Of a DNA stretch of 64,000 nt, positions 19,003-28,321 are shown piece by piece. Every line of letters begins with the position of its first letter. Position 1 is the first letter of the stretch. Source of the stretch: Polyangiaceae bacterium (GTDB lineage Bacteria; Myxococcota_A; Polyangia; Polyangiales; Polyangiaceae); the NCBI GenBank assembly GCA_044222475.1, contig JBGANF010000017.1, forward strand, positions 22,727 through 86,726, given 5' to 3'. The notes under the pieces were generated by a model. It was not told where the DNA came from, searched no databases, and saw nothing but the letters and a program-made list of their open reading frames with translations. The position numbers and the translations under genes were made by a program.

Positions 19003-20168
19003 TTCGTGGCCGTCTCGTGGATGTCCGCGCGACCGTAGAGGTACGTGATGTCCTTCGTCATCAGTCCACCTTTGGAGAGGACACCGCGGACTCGCAGGTG
19101 CTTGGCCTCGCCAGCGATCACGACCTCGCTGATGCCGACGTCGACGGGGACGGCGGCGATTGGAAGATCGCGCGTATCCTCGGGACGAAAGACGACCAGC
19201 GCACAGCCGAACGGCTTGCCGTGCTCCGCGCCGGCGCAACCCGACGACACTTGAAGGAGCTCGTTGGGAACCGGCCGCCACGTCCACGCGCTGGTGACGA
19301 AGAAGCCCTTGCCGGGCGGAACGACGCCGCCTTGCGTCGCTCGCGCGACGCGCCCGACGCGGGCTGCGTCCGGCTTCAGGTTGGGCTCGAGCGTGCGGCC
19401 GGTGGCGAGCTTGAGCTCGACCTTGGCGCCGTTCACCTCGCCCTTGCAGCAACGGAAGCCCATCGTGGGCTCCTTCGAGGTGACGCTGCGGCCGAGCGAG
19501 TTCGAGCAGCGCCCGACCAGCTCGCCGGCGGTCGCGTTGCCGCCGCGCAGGACGCCGAGGTTCGGATCGCTCTTTCCGCGTCCCCACTGGCTCTGGGTCC
19601 ACTCCCACACGCCGCCGTGCATCTCGAGAACGCCGAAGCCGCTCTTGCACGCGATGCGATCGCCGGCCGGGCGGCGCGATGCTTCGTCGGCGCTGACGCC
19701 GGTGCCGCAGGATCCGGCCTTGTAGACGTCGCCGTAGTCGTACGTGGTGTTCTCCGGCCCTTTGCACGCGCGCTCCCACTCGAGCTCGGTGCACAGTCGC
19801 TTCCCCTGCGCGCCGCAGAGACGCTCGGCGTCGTCGCGGGTGACGTTCGACGTCGCGATCGCTCCGCGCTCGTTCGGGTAGGGGAGGAGATCGATGTAGA
19901 ATGCATTCATCTCGACTTCGTCGCCCGCGAGCTCCTCGTCGGCGATGCGCGGGACGCGATCGCGAGGAGTTCCGGCGACGAGCTTCCCCGCCGGGATGAA
20001 GATCATGCCGCGCTCGTTCGGCGCGGCCGAGCTGCTCGGCTGCGGCGCGGCGGTGCTCACCGCGACCGAGGCGCTGGCCTCCGGGCCGACGCCTTCGGTC
20101 TTGGAGCACGCGGCGAACGCGAGCGCGCCGCACGATGCGATCAGTACTGCGATCGGCGCGCGGCGCAT
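18999..20168 (-). CDS. Formylglycine-generating enzyme (SUMF1)-like domain lipoprotein
   Basis: Lipobox FAAC; KRLCTELEWERAC, FGVLEMHGGVWEW, RGG, GFRCC. Confidence 0.85.
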   Translation of the reverse strand: MRRAPIAVLIASCGALAFAACSKTEGVGPEASASVAVSTAAPQPSSSAAPNERGMIFIPAGKLVAGTPRDRVPRIADEELAGDEVEMNAFYIDLLPYPNERGAIATSNVTRDDAERLCGAQGKRLCTELEWERACKGPENTTYDYGDVYKAGSCGTGVSADEASRRPAGDRIACKSGFGVLEMHGGVWEWTQSQWGRGKSDPNLGVLRGGNATAGELVGRCSNSLGRSVTSKEPTMGFRCCKGEVNGAKVELKLATGRTLEPNLKPDAARVGRVARATQGGVVPPGKGFFVTSAWTWRPVPNELLQVSSGCAGAEHGKPFGCALVVFRPEDTRDLPIAAVPVDVGISEVVIAGEAKHLRVRGVLSKGGLMTKDITYLYGRADIHETATK

Positions 20169-20172
20169 CTCT

Positions 20173-21603
20173 TCAGTCGACCTTCTCCCCCGCGCCGCCG
20201 CCTTCGCGGAGACCGAGCTCCTTCATCTTCAGCTGCAGACCCTTGCGCGAGATCTTCAAGAGCCGCGCGGCGTGCGTCACGTTGCCCTTCGTCTGCTCCA
20301 GCGCGCGCCCGACGAGCTCTCGCTCGAGGCGACTCATCGCGTACTTCACGTGCTCCTTGAGCCCGCCCTCGGCGGGCAGCGGTGCGATCGAGCCGCTGGC
20401 GCTCACCGGCGGTGGCGTCGAGGTCGCGCCGCCGCGAACCTCCTGCGGGAGATCGCCGGCCTTGAGCTTGCCGCCGTCGCAGAAGAGCACGGCGCGCTCG
20501 ATCACGTTCTCGAGCTCGCGGATGTTTCCCGGCCACGAGTGCGCCGAGAGGATCTCCATCGCCTCGGGCTCGACCCCGGTCACGTGCTTCTTCAGCCGCT
20601 CGTTGAACTTGGCGAGAAAGTGGTCCACGAGGGCCGGGATGTCGGAGCCGCGCTCGCGCAACGCGGGCAACCGAATCGGCACCACGTTGAGGCGATAGAA
20701 GAGATCCTCGCGGAACGATCCGGCGGCGATGAGCTTCTTGAGATCCCGATTGGTCGCGGTGACGAGCCGAACGTCGACGCGGATCGTCTTGATGCCGCCG
20801 ACGCGCTCGAACTCGCTCTCCTGCAGCGCGCGGAGGAGCTTCACCTGCATCTCGACCGGGACCTCGCCGATCTCGTCGAGGAAGAGGGTGCCGCCGTTGG
20901 CGAGCTCGAAGCGTCCGGGCTTGCTCGTGACGGCGCCGGTGAACGCGCCGCGCTCGTACCCGAACAGCTCGCTCTCGATGAGCTCCTTTGGGATCGCGGC
21001 GCAGTTGACCTTGATGAACGGTCGCGTCTTGCGCGACGAGTGGTCGTGCAGCGCGCGCGCCACCAGCTCCTTGCCCGTGCCGCTCTCGCCGGTGATGAGC
21101 ACCGTCGTCGGAGTGTCGGCCACGCGCTCGAGGACCGCGTACAGCTCGGCGATCCCCGGCGAGCTGCCGATGATGCCGAAGCGCGCGCCGACCGCGCCCT
21201 TGGCTTCGGTGGCCTCTTCGCCGGCGAGCTCCTTGGTGCGCAGCGCCTTCGCGACGATCTGCCGGACCTCGTCCTTGTCGAACGGCTTCGTCAGGTAGTC
21301 GAACGCACCGAGCTTCAGCGCTTCGACCGCGGTGTCGACGGTGCCGTGCGCGGTGATCATCACGATCGGCAGGTCCGGCATCTCCGAGAGCGCCTCGCGG
21401 AGGAGCTGCATGCCGTCGACCTTGGGCATCTTCAGGTCGGTGATGACCATGTCGATGTGGTTCTCGCGGAGGAGGGCGAGGCCTTGCTCGCCGTCTTCCG
21501 CGGTCATCACGTCGTAGCCGTCGCGGCTCAGCTGTGCGGACAGGATTTTTCGCAGGTTCGGCTCGTCGTCGACGATGAGGACCTGCTTCTTTTCCGGGAG
21601 CAT
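20173..21603 (-). CDS. NtrC-family sigma-54 response regulator
   Basis: Receiver (LIVDDE, TDLKMP, KPF), GESGTGKE, GAFTGA, LFLDEIGE, WPGNIREL, Fis-type HTH. Confidence 0.96.
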   Translation of the reverse strand: MLPEKKQVLIVDDEPNLRKILSAQLSRDGYDVMTAEDGEQGLALLRENHIDMVITDLKMPKVDGMQLLREALSEMPDLPIVMITAHGTVDTAVEALKLGAFDYLTKPFDKDEVRQIVAKALRTKELAGEEATEAKGAVGARFGIIGSSPGIAELYAVLERVADTPTTVLITGESGTGKELVARALHDHSSRKTRPFIKVNCAAIPKELIESELFGYERGAFTGAVTSKPGRFELANGGTLFLDEIGEVPVEMQVKLLRALQESEFERVGGIKTIRVDVRLVTATNRDLKKLIAAGSFREDLFYRLNVVPIRLPALRERGSDIPALVDHFLAKFNERLKKHVTGVEPEAMEILSAHSWPGNIRELENVIERAVLFCDGGKLKAGDLPQEVRGGATSTPPPVSASGSIAPLPAEGGLKEHVKYAMSRLERELVGRALEQTKGNVTHAARLLKISRKGLQLKMKELGLREGGGAGEKVD

Positions 21604-21681
21604 GGACCGCGCATGGTAGCAGGGTTGGGCTGCGCCCAACGAGGCATGAGCCTCGGAAAGCCTGGACGCGTGCTCAGTCTC

Positions 21682-22017
21682 TCACCGGCCGGCATACGAC
21701 GACGACGCTTCGTCGTCTTCGTCGAATCCCAAGTCGGGACGGCGCTCGGTCGGTGCCTCGTGGACGTGGAGCACGTGCTCGACGGGTGACGAGATCACGG
21801 TCCCGCCGTCGGTTGCGAAGCACAGGTGTTGCCCGGCGTGCGGCACCTGCTCCGAGATCGGTGCGTAGACGCTTCCTTTGGCGAACGCGCCGGCGAGCTG
21901 TGCTCCCAGCGCCGGATGGTCGACAGCGGCTCGCTGCGTCTTGCGATCCGCGACCTTGGTCACGAAATCGTCGCGAACGTAGTAGATGCTCCGCCCCGTC
22001 ACGAAGACCCGTCGCAT
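21682..22017 (-). CDS. Small hypothetical protein
   Basis: 111-aa ORF with normal codon usage directly behind a sigma-54-like promoter. Confidence 0.65.
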   Translation of the reverse strand: MRRVFVTGRSIYYVRDDFVTKVADRKTQRAAVDHPALGAQLAGAFAKGSVYAPISEQVPHAGQHLCFATDGGTVISSPVEHVLHVHEAPTERRPDLGFDEDDEASSSYAGR

Positions 22018-22029
22018 GCCCGTGTAGTT

Positions 22030-22045
22030 TGCAAAAGGCGCGCCG
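22030..22045 (-). promoter_or_regulatory. Sigma-54 (-24/-12) promoter candidate
   Basis: Minus strand CGGCGCG-CCTT-TTGCA vs consensus TGGCACG-N4-TTGCW, with correct GG/GC spacing; 12 nt upstream of ATG 22017. Confidence 0.65.
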
Positions 22046-22102
22046 CGTCATGATTTCGCGGGGATGGGTCGCGCGAGGACCCATCGGCGATGCAACGGTG
22101 CG

Positions 22103-22933
22103 CTAAGGCGATTTCACTTCTGAAACGTCGGCCACGTCACTCACCCACGCGTCGATGAGGCGGCGCGCGATGCTCACGGTCGGCGGCACGAGCGGCAGCT
22201 CGTTCGCGTCGAACCAACGCGCCTCGGCGATCTCTTCGCCGTCGATCGCGATCTCGCCGGCGGCGTGGTCGGCGGTGAAGCCGATCATGAGCTGGTGCGG
22301 AAACGGCCACGGCTGGCTGCCGAAGTAGCGGACGTTCTTCACTTCGACGCCGACCTCTTCCCTGATCTCGCGCGCGATCGTCTCTTCGAGCGACTCGCCC
22401 GCTTCGACGAAGCCGGCGAGCGTGCTGAAGAACGGCAGCGGGAACCTCCCCGACCGAGCGAGCAGCGCCTGGTCGCCGCGTCGCACGAGCACGATCACGG
22501 CGGGTGTGACGCGCGGGTACTGGACGAGCTTGCACGTGGGGCAAGTGATCGCGCGCTCGCCGCGGGTGTGCTCGGTCGGCGTGGCGCAGCGCCCGCAGAA
22601 GCGGTGCGTGTCGAGGAACGCGGCGATCTGCGTCGCGCGGCCGGCGACGGCGAACGTCTCGTCGCCGAAGCGTCCGAAGAGGTTTCGCAGGCCGCTCACC
22701 GAGAAGGGCGCCGGCGGATCGTCGCTGGTCGAGAGCACGAAGACGTCCTCTCCGTCGAGACGCCCGAGGTAGTGCGCACCGGCGGGATCGAGCCCTGCGT
22801 CGCGCACCTCGGCTCCGGAGAGCCACGGCGCCGCCTCACCGCGCGCGAGGACGAGTCCTTTGCGATGGACGACGAAGTACCGCGGCGAAGGCGAGAGCGA
22901 CGCCGGGGGGACGACCGAAGGTTCGAACGCCAC
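22103..22933 (-). CDS. nudC: NAD(+) diphosphatase
   Basis: HRFCGRCA..CPTC..YPR, LAGFVEAGESLEETIAREIREEVG, SQPWPFP. Confidence 0.95.
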   Translation of the reverse strand: MAFEPSVVPPASLSPSPRYFVVHRKGLVLARGEAAPWLSGAEVRDAGLDPAGAHYLGRLDGEDVFVLSTSDDPPAPFSVSGLRNLFGRFGDETFAVAGRATQIAAFLDTHRFCGRCATPTEHTRGERAITCPTCKLVQYPRVTPAVIVLVRRGDQALLARSGRFPLPFFSTLAGFVEAGESLEETIAREIREEVGVEVKNVRYFGSQPWPFPHQLMIGFTADHAAGEIAIDGEEIAEARWFDANELPLVPPTVSIARRLIDAWVSDVADVSEVKSP

Positions 22934-24066
22934 TAGAGCGACGCTTCGTAGAGCTTCGCGAGATCGTCTCGCGTGCACGGCCGCGGGTTCGACCGGTGGC
23001 ACGCGTCCTCGATGGCCTTCGCGCTCAGCTTGTCGATGTCGGCCTTGGTCACGCCCTCGGCGCCGAGACCGTTCGGCAGCCCGACCTTCTCGCGGAGTGC
23101 GCGGATCGCCGACTCGCAGCTCGCCGCGCTCGCGTCGAAGATGCGCTTCACGCGAACGAGCTTGTCCGCCACGACGCTCTCGTTGAAGGCGATCGTGGCC
23201 GGGAGACACAGCGCGTTGGCGAGCCCGTGGTGCATCCCCTTCTCGCTCGAGAGCGGGTGGGCGAGCGAGTGGCACGCACCGAGCCCCTTTTGGAACGCGA
23301 CCGCGCCCATCATGGCGGCCTTCATCATGCCGCCGCGCGCTTCGAGGTCGTCTCCCTTCGAGACCGCGCGCGCGATGTGCGCCGCGCAGAGCTCGAGGCC
23401 CATGAGCGCGATCCCATCGGCCATCGGGTGATCGCCGAGCGACACGTACGCCTCGAGGCAGTGGGTCAACGCGTCGAACCCGGTCGCAGCGGTGATCTTC
23501 GCCGGCATCGACACGGTGAGCGCGGGATCGAGGATGGCGACCTTCGCCAGGAGGTACGGCGAGAAGATCACCGTCTTCCGTCCGTTGGCGGCGAGCGTGA
23601 CGACGCCGGAGCGTCCGACCTCGCTGCCGGTTCCAGCCGTCGTCGGGATCGTGATGAGCGACGGCACGTTCGACGTGATGAACGCGTCACCTCCGGTCGC
23701 GTCGTCGTAGTCGACCAGCGGACGCTCGTGCGTGGTCTTGAGCGCGATGAGCTTCGCGGTGTCGAGCGGGGAGCCGCCGCCCACCGCGACGATGAAGTCC
23801 GCGCCGGACTGCTTGTAGGCTGCAACTCCGTCGAAGACGTTCTTCTCGACCGGGTTCGGATCGACGCCGTCGAACACGGTGGCGGCGATGCCTCCTGCGG
23901 TGAGCGTCTTCGTCACTTGGTCGACGAGGCCCGCCTTCTTGACGCCGGCGTCGGCGACGACGAGCGCGTGCTTGCCGAGCTTCTTGCCGTGCTCCGGCAG
24001 CGATGCGAGCGCGCCCGCGCCGAACACGATGGTGGTGGGAAACGACCAACGAACCAGGCTTGCCAT
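22933..24066 (-). CDS. Iron-containing alcohol dehydrogenase
   Basis: FPTTIVFGAG, GGGSPLD, PTTAGTGSE, DALTHCLE, HSLAH, HHGLANA. Confidence 0.95.
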   Translation of the reverse strand: MASLVRWSFPTTIVFGAGALASLPEHGKKLGKHALVVADAGVKKAGLVDQVTKTLTAGGIAATVFDGVDPNPVEKNVFDGVAAYKQSGADFIVAVGGGSPLDTAKLIALKTTHERPLVDYDDATGGDAFITSNVPSLITIPTTAGTGSEVGRSGVVTLAANGRKTVIFSPYLLAKVAILDPALTVSMPAKITAATGFDALTHCLEAYVSLGDHPMADGIALMGLELCAAHIARAVSKGDDLEARGGMMKAAMMGAVAFQKGLGACHSLAHPLSSEKGMHHGLANALCLPATIAFNESVVADKLVRVKRIFDASAASCESAIRALREKVGLPNGLGAEGVTKADIDKLSAKAIEDACHRSNPRPCTRDDLAKLYEASL

Positions 24067-24086
24067 GGCCCGATTCCTAGCACTCC

Positions 24087-24848
24087 TCAGTAGAGAGGAG
24101 GAGGGCCGTAGCCGCCGTATCCTCCTGGATAGGGAGGGGGTGGAGGTGGCGGACCGAACGCGGGCCCTTCGGGGATCTCTCGCAGCAAGAAGTAGAGCGT
24201 CGCGAGAGCGCCCAGCGCGGGCAGCAGGAGCCCGGTGAACATGAGATCGTAGGAGATGCCGCCGTAGCGCCCCCCGACGCCGCTGCCGTATGGATCGTCG
24301 GGCTCCATCACGGTGAGGACGAGGCTGCCGACGCGCCAGATCCCGACGAGCGACCCGACGATCGCGTTGGTGGCCGCGCCGAAGCGGACGCCCGTCTGCT
24401 GCGCGGTGAGCATCACGAGCGGGACGAGGCAGCCCCACGCCGCGGTGTAGACGAACCAGACGACCGTCTGCATGCCGCTCCCGTAGCCGAAGCCCGAGTA
24501 CGAGACGCGCTGGTAGAGCGAGTAGAGGAGCGCGACGAGAAAGCACGCGAAGCCGGACCACGCGCTGAGCTGAACGCCGAACGCGCGGGGCAAGCGCGAC
24601 ATCATCACGAGCCCGACGAGCAGGACGACGTACCCGCACGCGCGGATCCAGAAGAACATCTGGTACACGCCGTAACCAAGGTGGGCGAGCGTCGCCAACG
24701 TGGAGAGGAGGTCGAGCGCGAGGAACCCGACGAGCGCGCCGCCGAGGATCATCGCGCCGGTCTTCACCCCGCTCAGCGGGTTCTGCTGCATGTACGGCGA
24801 GCCGTAGCCCGGGCCGTAAGGCCCCATCGGGGGATACTGACCGTACAT
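24087..24848 (-). CDS. Hypothetical membrane protein with Pro/Gly/Tyr-rich termini
   Basis: About six hydrophobic segments between MYGQYPPMGPYGPGYG and PPPPPPPYPGGYGGYGPPPLY. Confidence 0.75.
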   Translation of the reverse strand: MYGQYPPMGPYGPGYGSPYMQQNPLSGVKTGAMILGGALVGFLALDLLSTLATLAHLGYGVYQMFFWIRACGYVVLLVGLVMMSRLPRAFGVQLSAWSGFACFLVALLYSLYQRVSYSGFGYGSGMQTVVWFVYTAAWGCLVPLVMLTAQQTGVRFGAATNAIVGSLVGIWRVGSLVLTVMEPDDPYGSGVGGRYGGISYDLMFTGLLLPALGALATLYFLLREIPEGPAFGPPPPPPPYPGGYGGYGPPPLY

Positions 24849-24878
24849 GGTGGTGACGCTATCACGGCGCCATCGCCG

Positions 24879-26234
24879 TCAGATGGTCTCGAAGTAGCGC
24901 TTCAGCTCCCACTCGGTCACGGCGCGTTCGTACTGGCGCGCTTCCCAGTCGCGCGTGCGCACGTAGTGATCGACGAAGGGGGCGCCGAGGATCGCGCGCG
25001 CCGCTTGGCTCGCCTCGAGCCGGCTGACCGCTTCGCGCAGCGTGCGCGGCACGCGGCGTGACGCTTCGGGAACGGCCGACGCATCGCCGGACGCTTCCTT
25101 GCCGGGATCGATGCGCTTCTCGATCCCGTGGAGGCCGGCGCCGAGCGCCGTCGCGATCGCGACGTACGGGTTCATGTCGGCCGCGGTCTGGCGATACTCG
25201 AGGCGCGTCGCCTTGCCGCCGGGGATCACGCGGAGCGCGCAGGTGCGATTCTCGACGCCCCACGTCGCGGTCATCGGCGCCCAGACTCCGGGCACGTAGC
25301 GTTTGTAGCTGTTCACCGTCGGCGAGTAGAGCGCGGTGAGCTCCGGCATCAGCGCGAGCTGCCCGCCCATGTAGTGCCGCGCGAGCTCGCTGAGCTGGTT
25401 CGGTTGGCTGTCGTCTTGGAACAGGTTCGTCTTTTGGTCGCCGCTCCACAGCGACTGGTGGAGGTGGCCGCTCGATCCCGGAAGGTCCGCGTTCCACTTC
25501 GCCATGAACGTCGGCATCACGCCGCGCCGCGCGCAGAGCTGCTTCATCCCGGTCTTGAACAGGGCGGCTTTGTCGGCCATCCGCAGCGCGTCGTCGTAGC
25601 GGATCGCGACCTCGTAGACGCCCGGGCCGGTCTCGGTGTGGAGCGCCTCGATCGGGATGTCGAACGCGCCCATCTCGTCGAGGATGGCGTGACAGAGCTC
25701 GCTGTTCTGGCCCTCGCGCACCCACGAGTAGCCGAACATGCCGGGCGTCAGCGACTCGAGATCGCGGAAGCGCTTCTGCGCGAGCGACTGCGGCGTCTCG
25801 CGAAACATGAAGAACTCGTACTCGGCGCCGAAGAGCGGGCGGTATCCGGCGGCGTTGGCCTTGCCGACCATCGCCTTCAGCAGCGAGCGCGGACACGCCG
25901 GGTGCGGCTTGCCGTCCTTCGTGACGAAGTCGACGAGGAACGCTGCCGTCCCCGGCTCCCACGGGATCACGCGAAACGTCGAGAGGTCGATCGTCGCGTG
26001 GATGTCCGGATAGCCGGTGTGCCATCCGGTGACGTTCGCGTTGTCGTACAGAACGTCGGCCATGTCCCAGCCGAAGATGACGTCGCAGAAGCCGAAGCCC
26101 GAGTCGATCATGCCCCAGAACTTCTCGAGCGCGACGAACTTGCCTCGCAGAACGCCGTCGATGTCGAACCCGCCGACCTTGACCTTGGTGATGCCCTTCT
26201 CACGGAAGGTTTCGCGCAGCTCTTTTGCGTCCAT
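24879..26234 (-). CDS. Glutamine synthetase-like gamma-glutamyl-amine ligase
   Basis: DIDGVLRGK, GAEYEFF, HTETGPGVYE, GSSGHLHQS, NSYKRYVPGVWAP, WGVENRT, RLEYR. Confidence 0.9.
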   Translation of the reverse strand: MDAKELRETFREKGITKVKVGGFDIDGVLRGKFVALEKFWGMIDSGFGFCDVIFGWDMADVLYDNANVTGWHTGYPDIHATIDLSTFRVIPWEPGTAAFLVDFVTKDGKPHPACPRSLLKAMVGKANAAGYRPLFGAEYEFFMFRETPQSLAQKRFRDLESLTPGMFGYSWVREGQNSELCHAILDEMGAFDIPIEALHTETGPGVYEVAIRYDDALRMADKAALFKTGMKQLCARRGVMPTFMAKWNADLPGSSGHLHQSLWSGDQKTNLFQDDSQPNQLSELARHYMGGQLALMPELTALYSPTVNSYKRYVPGVWAPMTATWGVENRTCALRVIPGGKATRLEYRQTAADMNPYVAIATALGAGLHGIEKRIDPGKEASGDASAVPEASRRVPRTLREAVSRLEASQAARAILGAPFVDHYVRTRDWEARQYERAVTEWELKRYFETI

Positions 26235-26272
26235 GGGCGAACGGTAGCTGCGCTCGCCGGTCAAACCAAGAG

Positions 26273-27187
26273 TCAGGGGCTCGGTCGCGAGCCGGCTCTC
26301 AGGTTGCGGTTGATGAACACCGTCTCGTCCGGGTACTCGACCGACGAGACCGTGCCCTCGACGAGCGAGCAGTGATCGAACTTCGACGAACGGATGTCGA
26401 TCGGCGCGGTGGCGGTCGCCTTCGGTCCGAGGTTCAGATCGATCCAGTCGCTCGTGGTCTCCGTGTCGTCCTTGCCGTCTTCGTCCTTGGTCCAGCAGAG
26501 GAGCTCGACGTCGATCCGCGACATCGGGCGATCGGTGAGGTTGTGGACGGTCACCGTCGACTTCTTCAGGTCCACGGCGTCGACCGCGACTCGCTCGCCG
26601 GTGTGCTCCTTCAGCATGGAGTCCGGGAACCCGCCCTTCGGGCGGCGCAGCCCGGACGACATGAGGTTCTCGTTCCACCAGTAGGTGCCGTCGGTGAACC
26701 CGATCTTGGTGATCTCGCACTCGACCGAGTCCACCGTGCTCTTGATCGATCGACCGCTCTGGCCGAGGTCCTGCACGCCGTCCGCGTCTCCGGAGCTCGG
26801 GCTCGTCGCGCTGGGGTACTCGTCGATCTGCTTGCCGGTCGCGTCGTAGTAGAACTGCCACGTCTGCACGTGGTTGGCCTTCTTCCCGGGCGGGAGCTCG
26901 AGCTTGAAGAGCGACTTTCGGTCGTCCCCGGCGCCCTTCCAGCCGACGAACGTGCACGACCCCTGACGGCCCCCTTCGTTCGCCCACGGGCGGCTCGTCC
27001 CGGCGGGTTTCGGCGCCGCCGACCACAGGGTGGACGTGGTCCCCACGGTGGCGCTCGTCGTGGTGACCGAAGCGACCGAGCTGGGCTCGGCCGAAGCGCT
27101 CGATCCCGACGCGAGCTGGCGAACGCGGGAGCAACCGGTGAGGGAGACGACGGCAACGAGGAGGGAAACGAGGATTCGGGGGTTCAT
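26273..27187 (-). CDS. Hypothetical lipoprotein with two probable Ig-like repeats
   Basis: Lipobox LTGC; Ser/Thr linker; two segments ending ITKIGFTDGTYW and VSSVEYPDETVF. Confidence 0.7.
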   Translation of the reverse strand: MNPRILVSLLVAVVSLTGCSRVRQLASGSSASAEPSSVASVTTTSATVGTTSTLWSAAPKPAGTSRPWANEGGRQGSCTFVGWKGAGDDRKSLFKLELPPGKKANHVQTWQFYYDATGKQIDEYPSATSPSSGDADGVQDLGQSGRSIKSTVDSVECEITKIGFTDGTYWWNENLMSSGLRRPKGGFPDSMLKEHTGERVAVDAVDLKKSTVTVHNLTDRPMSRIDVELLCWTKDEDGKDDTETTSDWIDLNLGPKATATAPIDIRSSKFDHCSLVEGTVSSVEYPDETVFINRNLRAGSRPSP

Positions 27188-27280
27188 GACCTTTCGGTTT
27201 CTGTGGGCGTACACTGTACGTCCGCGGACGCCATACCTTCCCCGGGGACGTTTGCGAGGCGCGATGCTATGTGCTCGCCC

Positions 27281-28318
27281 ATGACCTTCGATCCGAACGC
27301 TGCGGCGGACAAGGACGCGGGCATCTTCGGGCTTCCCTACGGCCCGGACGAGGCGCGCATCGTCCTCCTTCCCGTCCCGTGGGACGCGACCACGAGCTAC
27401 GGCGGTGGCGCGAGCGATGGGCCGCGCGCGATCTTCGACGCCTCGATGCAAGTCGATCTCTTCGACGCCGAGATCGGCTTTCCCTACAAGGGCAAGGTCG
27501 CGATGCTGCCCGAGAGCAGCGACATCCGAACGTGGAACGACGAAGCGCGGATGCTCGCGGAGCAAGTGATCGAGGTCGGCGGTCGCGTCGCGGGCGACGC
27601 CGAGCTCGAGGCCGCGCTCGCGAAGGTCAACGCGCTGTCGTCGCGCGTGAACGACGTCGTCTACTACGAGACGAAGCGCCTGATGGGGCAGGGGAAGACC
27701 GTCGGCGTGGTCGGCGGCGATCACTCGGTGCCGTTCGGCGCGATTCGCGCGGTCGTCGAGGCGCACCCCGGGCTCGGCATCCTGCACATCGACGCCCACG
27801 CGGATCTGCGTGACGCCTACGAAGGCTTCACCGACTCGCACGCGTCGATCATGTTCAACGTGCTGCGCCGCGTACCCAACGTGAGCAAGCTCGTGCAGTT
27901 CGGCATCCGCGATCTCTGCGAGGCCGAGGCGAACCTCATCGCGAAGGACGGCCGGCTCGCCACGCTCTACGACGTGCACGTCGCCCAAGCCCGTCTCCAA
28001 GGGAAGCTGCTCGAAGTGTTCGCGGACAAGCTCTCGGTGCTCCCGCGCGAGGTCTACGTGAGCTTCGACATCGACGGGCTCGACCCCTCGCTGTGTCCGC
28101 ACACCGGGACGCCGGTTCCCGGCGGGCTCTCGTTCCACGAAGCGAGCATGCTCATCGGCATGGTCGCGCAGAGCGGTCGTCGCATCGTCGGCTTCGACCT
28201 CAACGAGGTCTCGCCCGGGCCCGATGACGAGTGGGATGCGAACGTCGGCGCGCGGATGCTCTACAAGCTCATCGGGTGGACGTTCGTGTCGCAGGGCGTC
28301 GCCGACGTGCGCCGGTAG
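27281..28318 (+). CDS. speB: Agmatinase (ureohydrolase family)
   Basis: PVPWDATTSY..GP, GGDHS, HIDAHAD, SFDIDGLDP..TGTPVPGG; substrate inferred from family. Confidence 0.85.
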   Translation: MTFDPNAAADKDAGIFGLPYGPDEARIVLLPVPWDATTSYGGGASDGPRAIFDASMQVDLFDAEIGFPYKGKVAMLPESSDIRTWNDEARMLAEQVIEVGGRVAGDAELEAALAKVNALSSRVNDVVYYETKRLMGQGKTVGVVGGDHSVPFGAIRAVVEAHPGLGILHIDAHADLRDAYEGFTDSHASIMFNVLRRVPNVSKLVQFGIRDLCEAEANLIAKDGRLATLYDVHVAQARLQGKLLEVFADKLSVLPREVYVSFDIDGLDPSLCPHTGTPVPGGLSFHEASMLIGMVAQSGRRIVGFDLNEVSPGPDDEWDANVGARMLYKLIGWTFVSQGVADVRR

Positions 28319-28321
28319 CGG

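Noticed and set aside
24879..26234. Calling this gene glnA
   Set aside because: It lacks the glutamate-flap residue and its context suggests amine glutamylation, so the symbol was withheld.
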